From: Utricularia gibba
Lineage: Eukaryota > Plantae > Magnoliophyta
Assembly: GCA_002189035.1 (NCBI GenBank)
Contig: NEEC01000014.1
Location: forward strand, 992,001-1,056,000
Length of the DNA stretch: 64,000 nucleotides
Direction: 5' to 3'
The notes under the pieces were generated by a model. The model saw only the letters and a list, made by a program, of their open reading frames with translations, had not been told where the DNA came from and did no database searches. Of the stretch, positions 15,462 through 28,681 are shown one piece after another. Both the position numbers and the translations under genes were made by a program. Positions within the stretch are counted from its first letter, which is position 1. Each line of letters begins with the position of its first letter.

Positions 15462-17839
15462 ATGGATTCTCGTGATTCCTCTTCGCAGCCGCCACATATC
15501 CACCATCCCCACCTGCAGCACCACCACGCTGTTCAGCAACCGCTAGCCCATCACGGCGTTATGATGATTCCGCACTCGCAAACCCAACATTATTCGTCAA
15601 GCAACTCGTATGTGCTGCCTAACCCCGGCAATTCAGTCGCGCCCACACCCTCTAACGCTGCCATGATGCACCAGCAAAATCCCAGGTTCCCTTTCAACCC
15701 CATTGCTGCTGCTGCCGCCGCACCTAAGCCGCTGGATCAGCAGTTCTCAGATGGGTCGCCTTCTGGAAGCGGCGCCGGTTGGCCTGGTATCGAACCGGCG
15801 AAGAAGAAGAAAAGGGGTCGACCGAGAAAATACTCGCCGGATAATAGCATTGGACTGGCGTTGTCATCGCCCCGTGGTTCTCAGGTTTCCTCGGTAGCCG
15901 GACATTTGGAGCCTGGCGGCACTCCGCCTTCTAGTACCCCGGCCAAACGCAATCGAGGGAGGCCTCCCGGTTCCGGGAAAAGGCAATTGAATGCTTTAGG
16001 TTACGGAAATTCCTGATCATGTGGCAGTTCTCTTTATTTTTCCTTGTTCTTGCTCTTGCTTTATTTTCTCGTTTGTGAGCAGGGGTGACGGGAGTTGGCT
16101 TTACGCCTCATGTGCTTATGGTAAAATCAGGAGAGGTAAATAGCTCATTCCTTAACCTGCGCTTCAGTTTTCTTTTATGAGAACTAAAGCCTTTTGCTTC
16201 AGATCTTGCCTTAAAAAAAATTAGTTAATTTATTGTGTGTGTGCTAGTATTTTCTTCAATAAAACATTACAATCCACTAAACTGCATTATAAAGTATATT
16301 TGTTTGGATAAATACAGCGACTCCGATTGACATTGAAGAAACTTATGTGATTCTCTTGATTCTTGCTTTAAATAGAATTGATGGCATTCTTTCATGGACG
16401 ACATGCATTTTCTTATCAGTAATTTGCTCCGTTCTTTTTCTTATAATTGATCAATTGTCTAATAGTATTTACTGTCAAGTCCACGTGTATGAAGATAATG
16501 TTTGGTGCATGTATATGAAGAAACAGTTAAAAATTCACACTATTCTCAATTGTCTTATTAGTATTTACTGCATTAAAAAACGGTTGCTGCTGCCGCTGGT
16601 GGTGTTAGAGGACGCTGAGTTATTCTCAATTTTCTGAACATACTATGACTCCACCATTGCTGAATCAAGTTTTATTTTAAAGATATTTAACTTCTGGTTA
16701 TTTGGAGATACCTCTTCACCCATGTCATATAAATCAGCTAAGCTCTGTCATGTGCTTTTCGCCCGAACTCATCCTACTAAACTATGCTGGCTTGATCATT
16801 ACAGGATATAGTTTCAAGGATCATGACTTTCTCACAACAAGGGCCTCGTACTGTTTGCATTTTATCTGCCATAGGTTCTGTCCGTAATGTTTCTCTTCGG
16901 GAACTAGCAACTTCAACCGGCTGCTTGACTTATGAGGTATTTTCTGTACAACCGTTGCATTAAGACATGTTATGGAGTTTTTCACCCACCTTTTTTTTGT
17001 CAAATTTGCAAAATGTGATGACCAATTGCTGTGTGACCTGCTAGTCATGTTTGGTACAGCAAATTTTGAAGTTCTCGTTAAGGAACAGTCATCATGTAAA
17101 TCAATCTTCCAATGTGAGCGAGTACATGAAGCTATTCTTATAAATTGGCTTTGTCTCCTTTTCTTCTTGAACGCCGGACTATCCATTCTAAGAAAGAGGA
17201 ACTGCCTGTACAAAGGCCATTTTCTTAGGTGAATGTACAGCTTAGGTTCCCTGGAAAGTCTGAAAATGAATCACCTTGGTGTTACAGCAACATTGAAATA
17301 GTTGATAATCCAAAGCTCTATTCAGTTTGCATTTTTTGACATTATATGCAGGGCGTTTTTGAGATCATATCTTTGTCCGGTACCTTTCCACCATCGGAGA
17401 CCAACGCCACACACAGTCAGAATGGTGGTCTGAGCGTCACCCTCGCCGGCCCAGACAAGAGAGTATTCGGCGGCACAGTAACAGGGATTTGCGAAGCTGC
17501 ATCTCCTGTTCAGGTGCAATACTCCACTGCCTTCTCTCTCCCTCCTCCATAATGGTGTCTCCAAATGATGCATTCCCACTCTCTTCTCCAGATCATAGTA
17601 GGCAGCTTCGCCACAGAAGCCAAAAAACCAAGAACTCCAGCATCCTCCACCCCACCACCTCCACATTTTCCGAATTTCAACATCCCGGTGACAGGGGCCA
17701 GCCCCCCGCCGGCGCCTCCAGTGACTCCGCCGAGGAGAACCAAGACTCAAGCACCACCAACCGCGGCCATGGGCTACAGAGCATCCCCATGTACCATCAT
17801 CCCATGGGCTACTCCATGAAAATGCACCCCAGCGACTAA
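15462..17839 (+). CDS. AT-hook motif nuclear-localized protein (AHL, two AT-hooks plus PPC/DUF296 domain; AHL14-like); apparent -1 frameshift near 17702-17707
   Basis: KKKRGRPRKY and RGRPPGSGKRQ hooks; GVTGVGFTPHVLMVK, FSQQGPRTVCILSA, FEIISLSG, LSVTLAGPDKRVFGG and IIVGSF. The homologous C-terminus (GASSDSAEEN...MKMHPSD*) lies one base out of frame after a C6 run. Confidence 0.93.
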
Positions 17840-19322
17840 GACTATTCATTCAGCACCTTAGAAATTTGCTCTAGCTGCCGCCCCCTCAGAGCAGCAACCT
17901 CTGTAAGAGTACAAGCAGCTCATCTGCTGGTATTATCCTCCTCATGTGCAATCATTAGCCACCCTGTTTTTCTTTCCTTTTTCTCTGTTCCAAAAGAAAG
18001 AAAGAAAGAAAAAAGCAGGTATTAGACAAGTAGAGTTGGACTCCAAGTCACCCTAAACCTTAATTACCCATTAAACCCTAGCGATGTCGACAGAGCGCCA
18101 GTTTCGTTAGGAATTAATCTCGGGATTAATTCCTGTAATCACCCAGCCGTAAGCAGCCGACCTACTGAGGAACAACCTCTTCCTTTTCTCGTATCGTTGT
18201 TTATCTCGGAATCATCCCTAATCAGGGGCTAATCACATCATTAATAAATTATGAGGTCTCACTAGCAATTAAATTCTGGTGTTTATTTTTTTAATCCGCC
18301 TGGTAATTAATGTATTTGGGGCACGTGATTAATGTCCCAGATTCTCCACTAGGTCACCTCATCCACAAGTTGACATTTTTATGCATTTATAATTTTTTTT
18401 TAATTTACTTAAATTTTAAAATATTTGGACGACTTTGTTATAATTTATCATATTATTGACAAATAATTTATTTTTCAATGTACTAAGTTGGTGTTAATAA
18501 TAGTTTTTGAATAAATATTTTTTTAACGATAAAAAAATTAAAAATAAATAATTATAATAAAAAAATTTTAAATGTCATCTATGTAATCAATTATCAAAAA
18601 CATTAAATGGATAAACTTTGTTCCCATATTAAGGTAAATAATTAAGAGGGTGTTTATAGCATAATATAGAAAATTTATATTTAAGTTTACACATATAACA
18701 TTATTTGATTAACAAATATTTTTATGTAAGACTTATATGATATATTAATTACATATTTATTTTTTGAGCATATTGACAATATACTCAAATGGAAAAAGGT
18801 GAATAACAAGTTATATCTATATACTTTATATACTCATATTTCTATTCTCAAATATCAAATATTATATACAATCGAATATATAAATACTTAATCATATTAT
18901 ATTTAAGTATATTAATAATTTACTATCAAACAATTTCTAAATATATTAATGTCTTTCATTTGTATAAATTATATATATTTTTAATTAGTAGTATTTGAAT
19001 TATTTGAAACGTAGATTTGAGATTTTTTTGGTTTTTCAATAAGTCGAAGTATTTGATTATAAAATTTTGCATGGAGTTGTTTGCAAATAAATGCAGAGAA
19101 GTAGAGTTCTCATGATGTACAGAGAGTGGGTTTGATTTTTCAAGTATGACGCCTGAGAAGTGATGCAGCAAAAAATATTGAATATCTAGCGAGGTTTTAA
19201 GTGTGCCATAAAGGAGACAGCAGAGAGTCCAACCTGCAACAGTGTGGATCCAACAAGGTCTCCGCCGTGGGAAGTGTATATTTATAGGCATCAATGCTGC
19301 TGCTACTGGCTACTCCAGAAGC

Positions 19323-20599
19323 ATGGAGACTCAGGGTCTGAGTGAGAGCTTCTTCTTCCCCAAGAAGGAGCAGAAATGTCAGGGTGCCACCATGAAGAAC
19401 ATGATGAAGATCTTGCTTCTCATTGTGGCTACAAATCTGGTCACAATCTACTTCCTGTCCGTCGGGGATTCCAGCTCGCCGTCTCCCAGTGCTGTTGTTC
19501 TCCGTGCCACCCGGTTCGAGGTCGCGGCTTGCCGGTCGGTCGTGGATGGCTTGAAGACGGAGCTGAAACGGTCGGGGTCGCGGGTACGGCGGCTTCGGTT
19601 TCAGCTGCATAAGCTCCGGGAAGAGGAGTCTGTGAAGGGGGATGAACTGAGCGAGGAGATGAAGCTCTCGCTCGGCCACCACATGCTTCCTTTCGGATAT
19701 CACCCTAAGATGGGGAGCAAGATCACCTCTTCGTATGGATCAGCTTGCTTGAAGCTGAAAGAGGAGTTTGCCAAGTACATGAACTATCAGGTCGGCGGCG
19801 AGTGCCCGGTGGACGACGTCTCTGCGCAGAAGCTCATGCTCATGGGATGCGAGCCGCTCCCCAGGCGGCGGTGCCACCCCAAATCTCCGGCAAACTACAC
19901 CGAGCCCACGCCGAGACCAACAAGCATGTGGGCAACTCCGCCGGACACGAGCATCGTCTGGACTCCTACCCCTGCAAGAACTACAGTTGCCTGGTACACA
20001 GATGGCGCCACCCCGGAGTCTTCGACTGCAAGGACTGCTTCGACCTGGGAAGAAGGGAAGCCACGAGGTGGCTGAAGGACACCGATTTCGACTACGGGAT
20101 AGATAGAGTTCTTGCAATGAAACCCAAAGGAACGATCAGAATCGGGCTGGATATCGGCGGCGGGGTGGGGACGTTCGCGGTGCGGATGATGGAGAGGAAC
20201 GTGACGATCATCACAACTTCCATGAACTTCGACGGCCCCTTCAACAGCTTCATCTCCTCTCGGGGATTGCCATCCATGCACATGACTATCTCGCAGCGGC
20301 TTCCCTTCTTCGAAAACACTCTGGACATCGTCCACTCGATGCATGTGCTGAGCAACTGGATCCCTGAGATCATGTTCGAGTTCATCCTGTACGACATCTA
20401 CAGGATCCTGAGACCAGGAGGGATCTTCTGGCTGGATCATTTCTTCTGCTTCACTGAACAGCTCAACGGAACGTACATTCCGATGTTCGAGCGAGTGCGT
20501 TTCAGGACACTGAGACGGACCACATGGAGGAAGAATGATAATCCTGTAATCAAGAATGAGATGTACCTCAATGCTGTTTTAGAGAAGCCAATGACATAA
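19323..20599 (+). CDS. Putative SAM-dependent methyltransferase, type II membrane protein (At1g29790-like); apparent -1 frameshift near 19965
   Basis: Intronless. N-terminal TM (LLLIVATNLVTIYFL), GCEPLPRRRC, IRIGLDIGGGVGTFAVRM, QRLPFFENTLDIVHSMHVLSNWI and RILRPGGIFWLDHFFC. ORFs 19242-20075 and 19745-20599 join if one C is added at ACTCCTAC. Start could instead be the ATG at 19392. Confidence 0.9.
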
Positions 20600-20942
20600 A
20601 GCAAGGAAGAAGCAGCAGTACAGCAGACCAGGAATTTCATGGTTTTCTATTGTTGTAAGCTACTGATGCCACAAGAAACAGATTGCATAATCCAAAAGCG
20701 GGGATCCATGTCTAGAAACACGATGGAACAAACTTAAAAATACAGCTTGACGACATTGGTGAAGACTAGTAGAGAGAAATGCATGTATTTCCAGAAACTT
20801 TATTTATTGCAAACCACACACTAAAACTTCATTTGAGGAACAACCAGCAGAAGTCAGTTCTGGAAGCTGATGATTATTGTGGGCAGAAGGGGGGGTGTAT
20901 TGACCTTGCTCCTGCAGTATGTGGCCTATCACCATGAAAGGT

Positions 20943-23366
20943 TCAATCTTCCAACTGGGAGATGATGTTAACAAAGACGGCATATCCTTGGCACATGTCA
21001 GAGAGGAGGCAGTATTCGTTTTTTGCATGATAGGTCGCCATTAAGCCTGCATTCCAGACCCATATCCAGAAGCATTATGATCATTCCACATTAAATATGC
21101 AAGTTAAAGAAGCGAAAAGCATACCATATCCAGAAGTTTGAACATCAAAACCTTCATCCTACATTGCAACAAGTGTAGTGAAGTAGTCAAGATCATATGC
21201 TTGTGAAGTAGTGTAAGATGCAAAGTTTCTCACCTTCAACTCACGAATGAGTGGCAAACTACCGGTGATTGAATATGGCTTTACGTGGCCGACCACTTCT
21301 TCTGTGGCTTTGCATAGCACTTGGAAGCCGGGAGATTCAAGATCACAAGCCACCCCAGACATTGCTTCATCAAAGCTAATAAAAATCCTGAAACATGAAA
21401 GCACAGTCGTTGTTTTTCAAACAGAAGATTTCAACACAATTCATAGTAATACAAGAAAAATACCGCACCTTCCCCTGAGGTTCTCTTCTGGTAGAACATA
21501 CTTCGACACTAAACCTCTTGTTTCAAGGTTTTCGATGTTGGTATTCAAGTCCTCAACGTACTCCCGGAGCTTCTTCATAACATCAGCAACACTATAACAA
21601 AATACGCATCACACACTTCACTAAATCTCAATTACCCCTTGCAAGTTGCATACGTGAAAAGTATTCACAACATAACGTGACTGCATTTAATATAGAACTC
21701 ATTTTGGAGTAAGTTACACATTGCTTACCCGTAAAATGGGGTCAACCTGGAAAAAGATTACAAGGAACATGTTAGTACAATCATATTGCAAAGAAAAATA
21801 AGACACAACCTTACTAAAAATTTGACCTAACATCTCCGCAAATTGTGCACTCAGCTGGAATTTGATTAATGCCACCTCCAGGATCTGTACAAAGTTAGAA
21901 ACTCTTGCCACTCAAACTAGCCATAATCATAGATGCAATGCTTTGTACTCGACAACTTACAGCTCCATTGAGTTGGTTTCATGGTTGATGGCGTAGCAAA
22001 ACCATATACTTTTTCTTTGGGATGTGGAGGGAAATCCTTGTAAAAACGTAACTGTATCTCTTTTAAGGCTTCCATAGCTAGCTCCAAGGGATTGATAGCC
22101 TGCATACATTTCATGACAAATGGTGGCAACAAGATGTTAATCATGATTTTTTTGTAAGCAATTGATTTAAAGGAAAAGAAGAGGATAAATCAGTATGAAG
22201 AACATCAGAAAAATCAGGTTATCGGAAATGACACAAAAATGGAAAAAAATGAACAACCTTGTGAGCAAGACCACTGTGAAAAAGCTTTCCAGTAACATGA
22301 AGTTTCCATGGTATCATCCCACCGGTACCAATGCATGGCTGTTTATCTGCTGTGTCAATCCAGTACCTGAACATGCTCACAGTAAAAACGAAAGTTTGAA
22401 GAACAATAGAAATTGTAACAAAACATTTGATTGGTTTGGTCATCCACTTAATGAACGTTTTTTTTTTTTTTTTCATCGAAGGTCATAGGTTTAGAAGATG
22501 TTAAATCAGTAAAGGAGGAATTCAGCATACAGAGGTCCATGTTTCAGCTTGTCAAGCAATCCTTGCTTTACTAGTGCATCAACTCCTACTCCTGGTATAG
22601 AGGAGTTCTCTTCACTAGCAATAAAAACCGCAACCACAGTGGACTTCAGCTTAGGCTTTGTTTCTCCCAACTTCTTCATTAGCTCAGCCACAAGGGCCAC
22701 ATGCCCTAAACAATCCGTAGTACCTCGACCTCGAAGCTTATCTCCATCAATGCTCAGAGTAAAAGGATCAAAATCCTGCTTTCATTTAACCAAATGTATC
22801 AAACAGGGAGGAAGCTTTCCGGGGAAAAGTAGACCAAAAAAGAAAGAGGCTATCAAGGGGTCTTCATAGTTCAATCCATTTATCTTCCAAGACATTAACA
22901 ATGAAATGCAAAGAACAGACTGCTTGAAAACAACATAACAATACACAGTGCACCAAAGACGAATGATCATTTACACGGAAAACGAAATATAAAAAAAAAA
23001 AAAAAGAAACAAGCAAATATAGATCTGCAAACATTACCCAATCATCAGGGTTGGCGGTAACCACATCCATGTGCATCCCAACAAAAGACAAGATTTTCCC
23101 ATGCTCAGTCCCAGGGTACTCCACAATAAGGTTTCCCCTATTGGGCTTATACGCAACATGATTAATAACAAGCGGGCCGCCGCCGGTGGCAGTGCTGTAC
23201 GGACGGAGGACTTGGAGAACATGACCCACGATCCTGTCTTCCTCCGGGATCAACTCCGGCGGATTGTTCTGCACATACTTCGACTCTCCGATCAATTTGC
23301 CCAAAAGTGCGACGAACGAGTCCCTATCCAACTCCCCAGAGTGCCCTTCACACCCACCGCGGCCAT
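20943..23366 (-). CDS. NAOD: Acetylornithine deacetylase (M20 peptidase family, ArgE-like); apparent -1 frameshift near 23334-23337
   Basis: LLGKLIGESKYVQNNPPELIPEED, GMHMDVVTANP, LRGRGTTDCLGHVALV, FIASEEN, WIDTADKQPCIGTGG, GKLFHSG, HAINPLE, ITGSLPLIREL and YHAKNEYCLLSDM. The ATG at 23366 (MAAVGVKGTL) is in frame only if the G4 run has one more G. Confidence 0.95.
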
Positions 23367-25735
23367 GCTTTTTGAAAAATGAACCGTGTAAGTGCGTCCT
23401 CCTCACTGCCCACAGGTGTATTACAAAAGAGGCTGATGTGTGAGAAAAGTGGGAATTCCACTTATTAAATGCAAAGATTTCGCTCCCAACAAAAGAATAG
23501 TGTAATATAACAATGACTATTTTCTCTCACAATTTCACAATGATTATGTCACATCCCTAAAACCAGGAATCAAATAATTAATTAAATAAATAATTTTAAA
23601 AAATATATGATATTATTTTAATCATTAGAAAAATGATGGCAAAAATTCACAGCATTAACTGTAGCTGACTTCATGAACATGCTACAGACATAGTGGCTTC
23701 ATTGCATTTGACTTGAATGCCTTTATTCTCTGGCCTTCTTTAAGTGGATTAATAAATATTTAATATTCTTTTTCCAGCATATACAAAATTACTTAAATAA
23801 TACATATGTTTTATAAACATAATTTTTTATTTAAAACTTTATTAATAATGAAATACAAATTTATCAATTGGGTGAGTTTTAGTAGTTTTATGATGGAAAA
23901 ATTATTATTATTTCATGCAGATTTTTACCCTAATTAATTTAATTATAATATTCTCTACCAAACATAGAATAAATAATGTGCATTTTATTCATACTTTTCA
24001 AATCATTTAGAAGTTATGTAAATGAATATGTAATTGATATAGTTATACATTGACATAATGATATAGTTATACTAGATATATATAATTGATATGTGCATTA
24101 CATATACTAGATATAGTGTAGTGTTTGTCAATGCTTATTAATTAATATTTATGTATATTATACACGTGCTCAAAAAATGAATATATAATTGATATAGTTA
24201 TACAAGATTGATACATAATATATGTACTAGTTAATCAAATATTAATATATTTGTAAAAATCGGTATAAACCTTGTATACCCAATTATCAAACACCCTCGT
24301 ATTTTTATAATATTAGTTATATTTATATTTAAAATCGAATAAATTGAAATATTCTATAACACGAGGGCAATAGCATTTGGGCCTAGGACCGAATAGCATC
24401 GGCCCAGAAATAATGTCCGTGATCTTTTTAGTGGGCCCGAATCCAATATAAATACATTATAATTGAAATGCTTTTATTCCCGCCAACATTTAAGAAGCAT
24501 GAGGAAATACACGTGCTCTCAATTGATTGTTAAAGAAGATAATTGGGGTGTTTGGATTAGGGTTTGGGTTGTCTATTCAATCGCAATTGATGCTTCCGTA
24601 GTCGGGTCTAAAATGTCCGTTTGGTGGGTCAAAGGAACATAATTGGGGATATCTCATGACCCGACTCAATTAATGCTGTGTTGAGAACATAATCCTATCT
24701 CAACTTGAATTAAATTGTTAGCTTAACATTCATAATTGATTTTTTTTTCATTTATGTGTATAGAATTAAATTTATGATTAAAATAAATTGCTAGGTTAAT
24801 AATCAACGAAGGTGTGAACTTTGTGGTTAGAATTGATTGTAGAAAAATAAGTATTCACATGAGATGAAGTGGTTCTTCTGCAGTGTTGGATTTTATTATT
24901 TCATTAACAAGAATTGATATTATAATAGAGTAACATTAATTTAGAATAATAAGTAGTGTTATAGATAATTTTTAAAATCTATTTCTATTTTTTAAAGATA
25001 AAATAATTTTATTTTAGAATATTTTTAAATATAAAAATACTTTTATCAAAAATACTTTTAAATTTATACTACAAAAATTATTTTTGAAAAAATAATAAGT
25101 TAGTTACTTTTATTTCTTGTTTGTACTTTTTTAAAATAATTTTGAAAAATAAAAATATTTTTAAAAAAATTTCGAGAACACTCATATATTTTCAAAACTT
25201 TATACACACACCGATAAAATTTTGTATTGATGGAGTTTTATTGATTCAGGACAAATATTTCATATTATTTTAAATATGTCTCTTAGTTTGTTATATTGTA
25301 TGTGTTAATGAAATTTTAAAATATTAATTTCTTGACAATAGATATTTAAATATTACTTCGATGATTTATATGTAATTATAAAATTACTATCTATTATTAC
25401 ATTCCATATTTTGCAAACAATTGAATCCAACTCATGATAAAGATAAATAATTGATTGAATCTATTTTAGGCAATAGGTTTGATGAAAAAATTAATTCAAT
25501 AAATCAACAGTACTTAAATAAGCCCTAGCATACGTGTTTTAAAATCATGGGTAGTTGGATTCAATTAAATTTTCAGAGTCTTAATTAAATCTAAGAATGA
25601 ATTTAAATAATAATTTTTAATCCAATATAAAAATTAGTCAAGAACACCGGAATACCGGATAGGATGGGCAACTAGGGGTCAGTTCTTCCACGTTTGTCGT
25701 CATTGAAAAAGCTTATCATGCCCGCTTAAACGAAC

Positions 25736-25840
25736 GTGAGATGGACGGGTTCAAACCCAACTCGGATTGGGTCATGGCGTTGACGGACCCTACGCTGACC
25801 CGAGAAAGCGATGGGGTGACCCGTTTCGTCAATCAACATT
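25736..25840 (+). repeat. CRK-associated fold-back repeat, copy 2 (about 340-445 bp upstream of the CRK-B ATG)
   Basis: GTGAGATGGACGGGTTCAAACCCAACTCGGATTGGGTCATGGCGTTGACGG...GATGGGGTGACCCGTTTCGTCAATCAAC. Confidence 0.9.
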
Positions 25841-26180
25841 AATTGAATAAAAACAAAGAGATAATATTTCATGAATTGTTTATTATGTAGCAACAAACCC
25901 TGGTTATATATCTGTGCTCATTGGACTCAACCCTAGAAAACAAATAAATATCCCATCCAATTTCAAGTCTTTTTGAGTTCAAATGTTGGTCAATGGCCAT
26001 GGTTTGATGAGTTTTTTTTATTGCTTTTTTTTTTTCAAATATCTCAATAAGTTAACAAGTAAGGCGTCTGTTACTTTGATTGAGCTCCTCTACTCCGCCG
26101 GGGTGAATATGCCATCGTGTTACTTTCGGATCTAGCCTGTATTTCCCTTCCTCTTCTTGTCAGTCTCCTGCAACTGAACC

Positions 26181-28681
26181 ATGGGACTTCTTCAGGGATT
26201 CCACCTTTTCGTTTTCTTATTCCTCTTCACGAAACTCCACGTTCATGTCTTCGTGGAGGCTGAAGATTTTCGGGCTGTTTGCACCGGGGCAAACTACACA
26301 GCAAACAGCGCGTACCAGAGGAATCTTCAGTCTCTTCTCGGGTCTCTCCCTTCCAACCTGGGAAACTATGGATTCTACAATTCCTCCCTCGGTGAAGCCC
26401 CCGATCGCGTGAACCTCGCAGCACTGTGCCGTGTCGACGTGCAGCCGGAAGAGTGCTGGAGTTGCCTGACTACTGCAACCCGAGAAATTGTTCGGAGCTG
26501 TCCGATGAGCAGGGAGGTGAGCGTGTACCAAAACAGGTGCACCCTTCGCTCTTCAAACAAATCATTTTTGGGGACTTTTGATGATAGTATAGCTGGGTGG
26601 AAATTCTGGGAACAAAACAATGTCACGAGCGTTGAACAATTCAAAGATGGTCTGAACCGGCTGATCACCGGTCTCCGTAACCGGGCCGTTAATGGCGGAC
26701 CCAGGATTAAGGCTGCAGCGGGGAATGTGTCCGGACCGGACTTCTTCATGATCTATTCCTTGGTGCAGTGCACACCAGACATCTCGAGTGATGACTGCAG
26801 ACGTTGTCTAGAATTTGCGACTACGGAGATAGTACCGTGTTGCAGTAGTAGTACTGGGGTCAGAGTGTATTTCCCCAACTGCTTTGTCCTCTATAGCACC
26901 AGATCATTTTATAATTTGACGAGAATTCTAGAAGTTGAAGCCATGGCGACGGGGAGCCACCCACAGGCACCTCCCTCACTTGTACCCTTGGCTCCACCAC
27001 AAGCACCTCCCTCACCTGCACGCTTGGCTCCATCACCATCTCCGCCGCCAGGTCCATTATCCGTTAAATGCAATCGTGTTGCAGAAATGGTGCGCTTACA
27101 TGCCTTGGTGTTTGCTTTGCATGCTCAGGTAGATCGACCACAATTATCATAATCGGCGTCGTTGTTGGGGTGGTTACTTCCATGCTCCTGGTTGGAGCTG
27201 CGGTTATCATCATCCTCGAAAGAAGGAAGATAAACAACACAAAGGGGTACTCGACGGCCCCAAGTACGTAATATCTCTATCCCTTTCAAAGCATCAAACT
27301 CCATGGAGTTCCGATGAAGCATTGTCGGGTTTTTTTTATGTTTTTTTTTTTCGCACAGTGCATGGAGCAGAGAATGATGAGATGCGAATTTCCACACCAC
27401 TACAGCGTGAGTTCCATGAGATAAGAATAGCAACAGATGATTTCTCAGAGGCGAACACGCTTGGAAGAGGAGGATTCGGGGCAGTTTACAAGGTTTTTTA
27501 GCATTGTTTAATGAAAAATGTCAAAGCACATAGATCGCAAGTAACTTATTTCATTATTTTTATATATATAGGGAAGGCTAAAAAATGGACAAGAAATTGC
27601 AGTCAAAAGGCTCTTTACAGGAGCCTCCCAAGGAGATGCGGATTTCAAAAACGAGGTTATGGCCGTCGCTAGACTTCAACATAGAAATCTGGTGAGGCTG
27701 TTTGGTTTTGCAATAGGAGAACATGAGAGGCTTCTGATTTTCGAGTATCTTAAAAAGGGAAGCCTCGAGAAGTTCATCTTTGGTAATATTTCTGTTGAAA
27801 TAGTAGATCTCCAAAACTTTCCGGTGGGTTCCGAACAAGGCTTCTGTGTTGCAGGTCCAGAAAGAGACTCCGTCATCGGCTGGGATGGAAGATACACGAT
27901 CATCAAGGGCATCGCCAGAGGTCTTCAGTACCTGCACGAGGATTCTCGGCTGCGTGTCATTCACCGTGACCTTAAAGCAGCTAACATTTTGCTAGACGAT
28001 GCCATGAACCCCAAGATAGCAGATTTTGGCCTAGCCAGGCTGGTAGATTCCAATGCAACCGAAGGAACCACCTTCAAAATCGTCGGGACACCGTAAGTTT
28101 CTTCTGTAACTGCACATCTCCTGATGCATATACATGAATACCGATTGGGGTTGGCTTCTGCTTCTGCAGTGGATATATGGCCCCGGAATACAGAGAAGGA
28201 TATTTCTCGGTTAAGACAGACGTGTATAGCTTTGGCGTACTGGTGCTCGAGATTGTAAGCGGAAGAAAGTGCAGCTCATTCAAAACTACGGAGAATGCGG
28301 AAGACATGCCCAGCTTCGTAAGTTTTCTTTGCTACAAAATCCCAAATCAAACTCCATCTTCTCAACTTGTCGTTTCAGGCGTGGAGAAAGTGGATGGAGG
28401 GGACGGTTGACGGCCTCGTAGATCCGATGCTGATGGCGGGGCCATCGCAGGTGGAGAGCATCATGAAATGCATTCACGTAGCCTTGCTGTGCGTCCAAGA
28501 AAACGCAGACCAGAGACCAACAATGTCTGAAGTGGTTCCCATGCTCGGCATCACCCACATCGCCATGCCCGATCCTCGACGCCCTGCTCCTTCCACGCCA
28601 AGCACGTCGAGAGCCGGAAGCCAGCAACAAAATATCAGCTCCAGGAATGAAGTATCCCTCTCAAGCATTAATCCCCGGTAA
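26181..28681 (+). CDS. Cysteine-rich receptor-like kinase (CRK-B), apparently intact, 7 exons
   Basis: Signal peptide, two C-X8-C-X2-C DUF26 motifs, Pro stalk, TM, and all kinase motifs ([37 protein letters not shown]). Exon phases were checked by eye and are consistent. Confidence 0.95.

Noticed and set aside
18956-19294. Minus-strand 112-aa ORF and similar AT-rich ORFs (6211-6414, 30859-31065, 48933-49187, 47000-47425)
   Set aside because: Low-complexity I/F/K/N-rich translations of AT-rich intergenic DNA, with no recognisable motif.
19740-20440. Long antisense or alternative-frame ORFs over GC-rich genes (methyltransferase, MYB, KLCR1, CRK exons, 55259-55663)
   Set aside because: Expected shadow ORFs from GC-rich codon usage, with no independent motifs.
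25745-25760. tRNA gene suggested by the GGGTTCAAACCC T-loop/B-box-like motif in the repeat
   Set aside because: No cloverleaf, acceptor stem or convincing A-box, and the loop is one base short of a T-arm. Kept only as a SINE hypothesis.
28080-28195. GTPGYMAPEY instead of GTYGYMAPEY as a sign of kinase inactivation
   Set aside because: Pro at this position is common in plant RLKs, and the catalytic K, HRD, DFG and APE residues are all retained.
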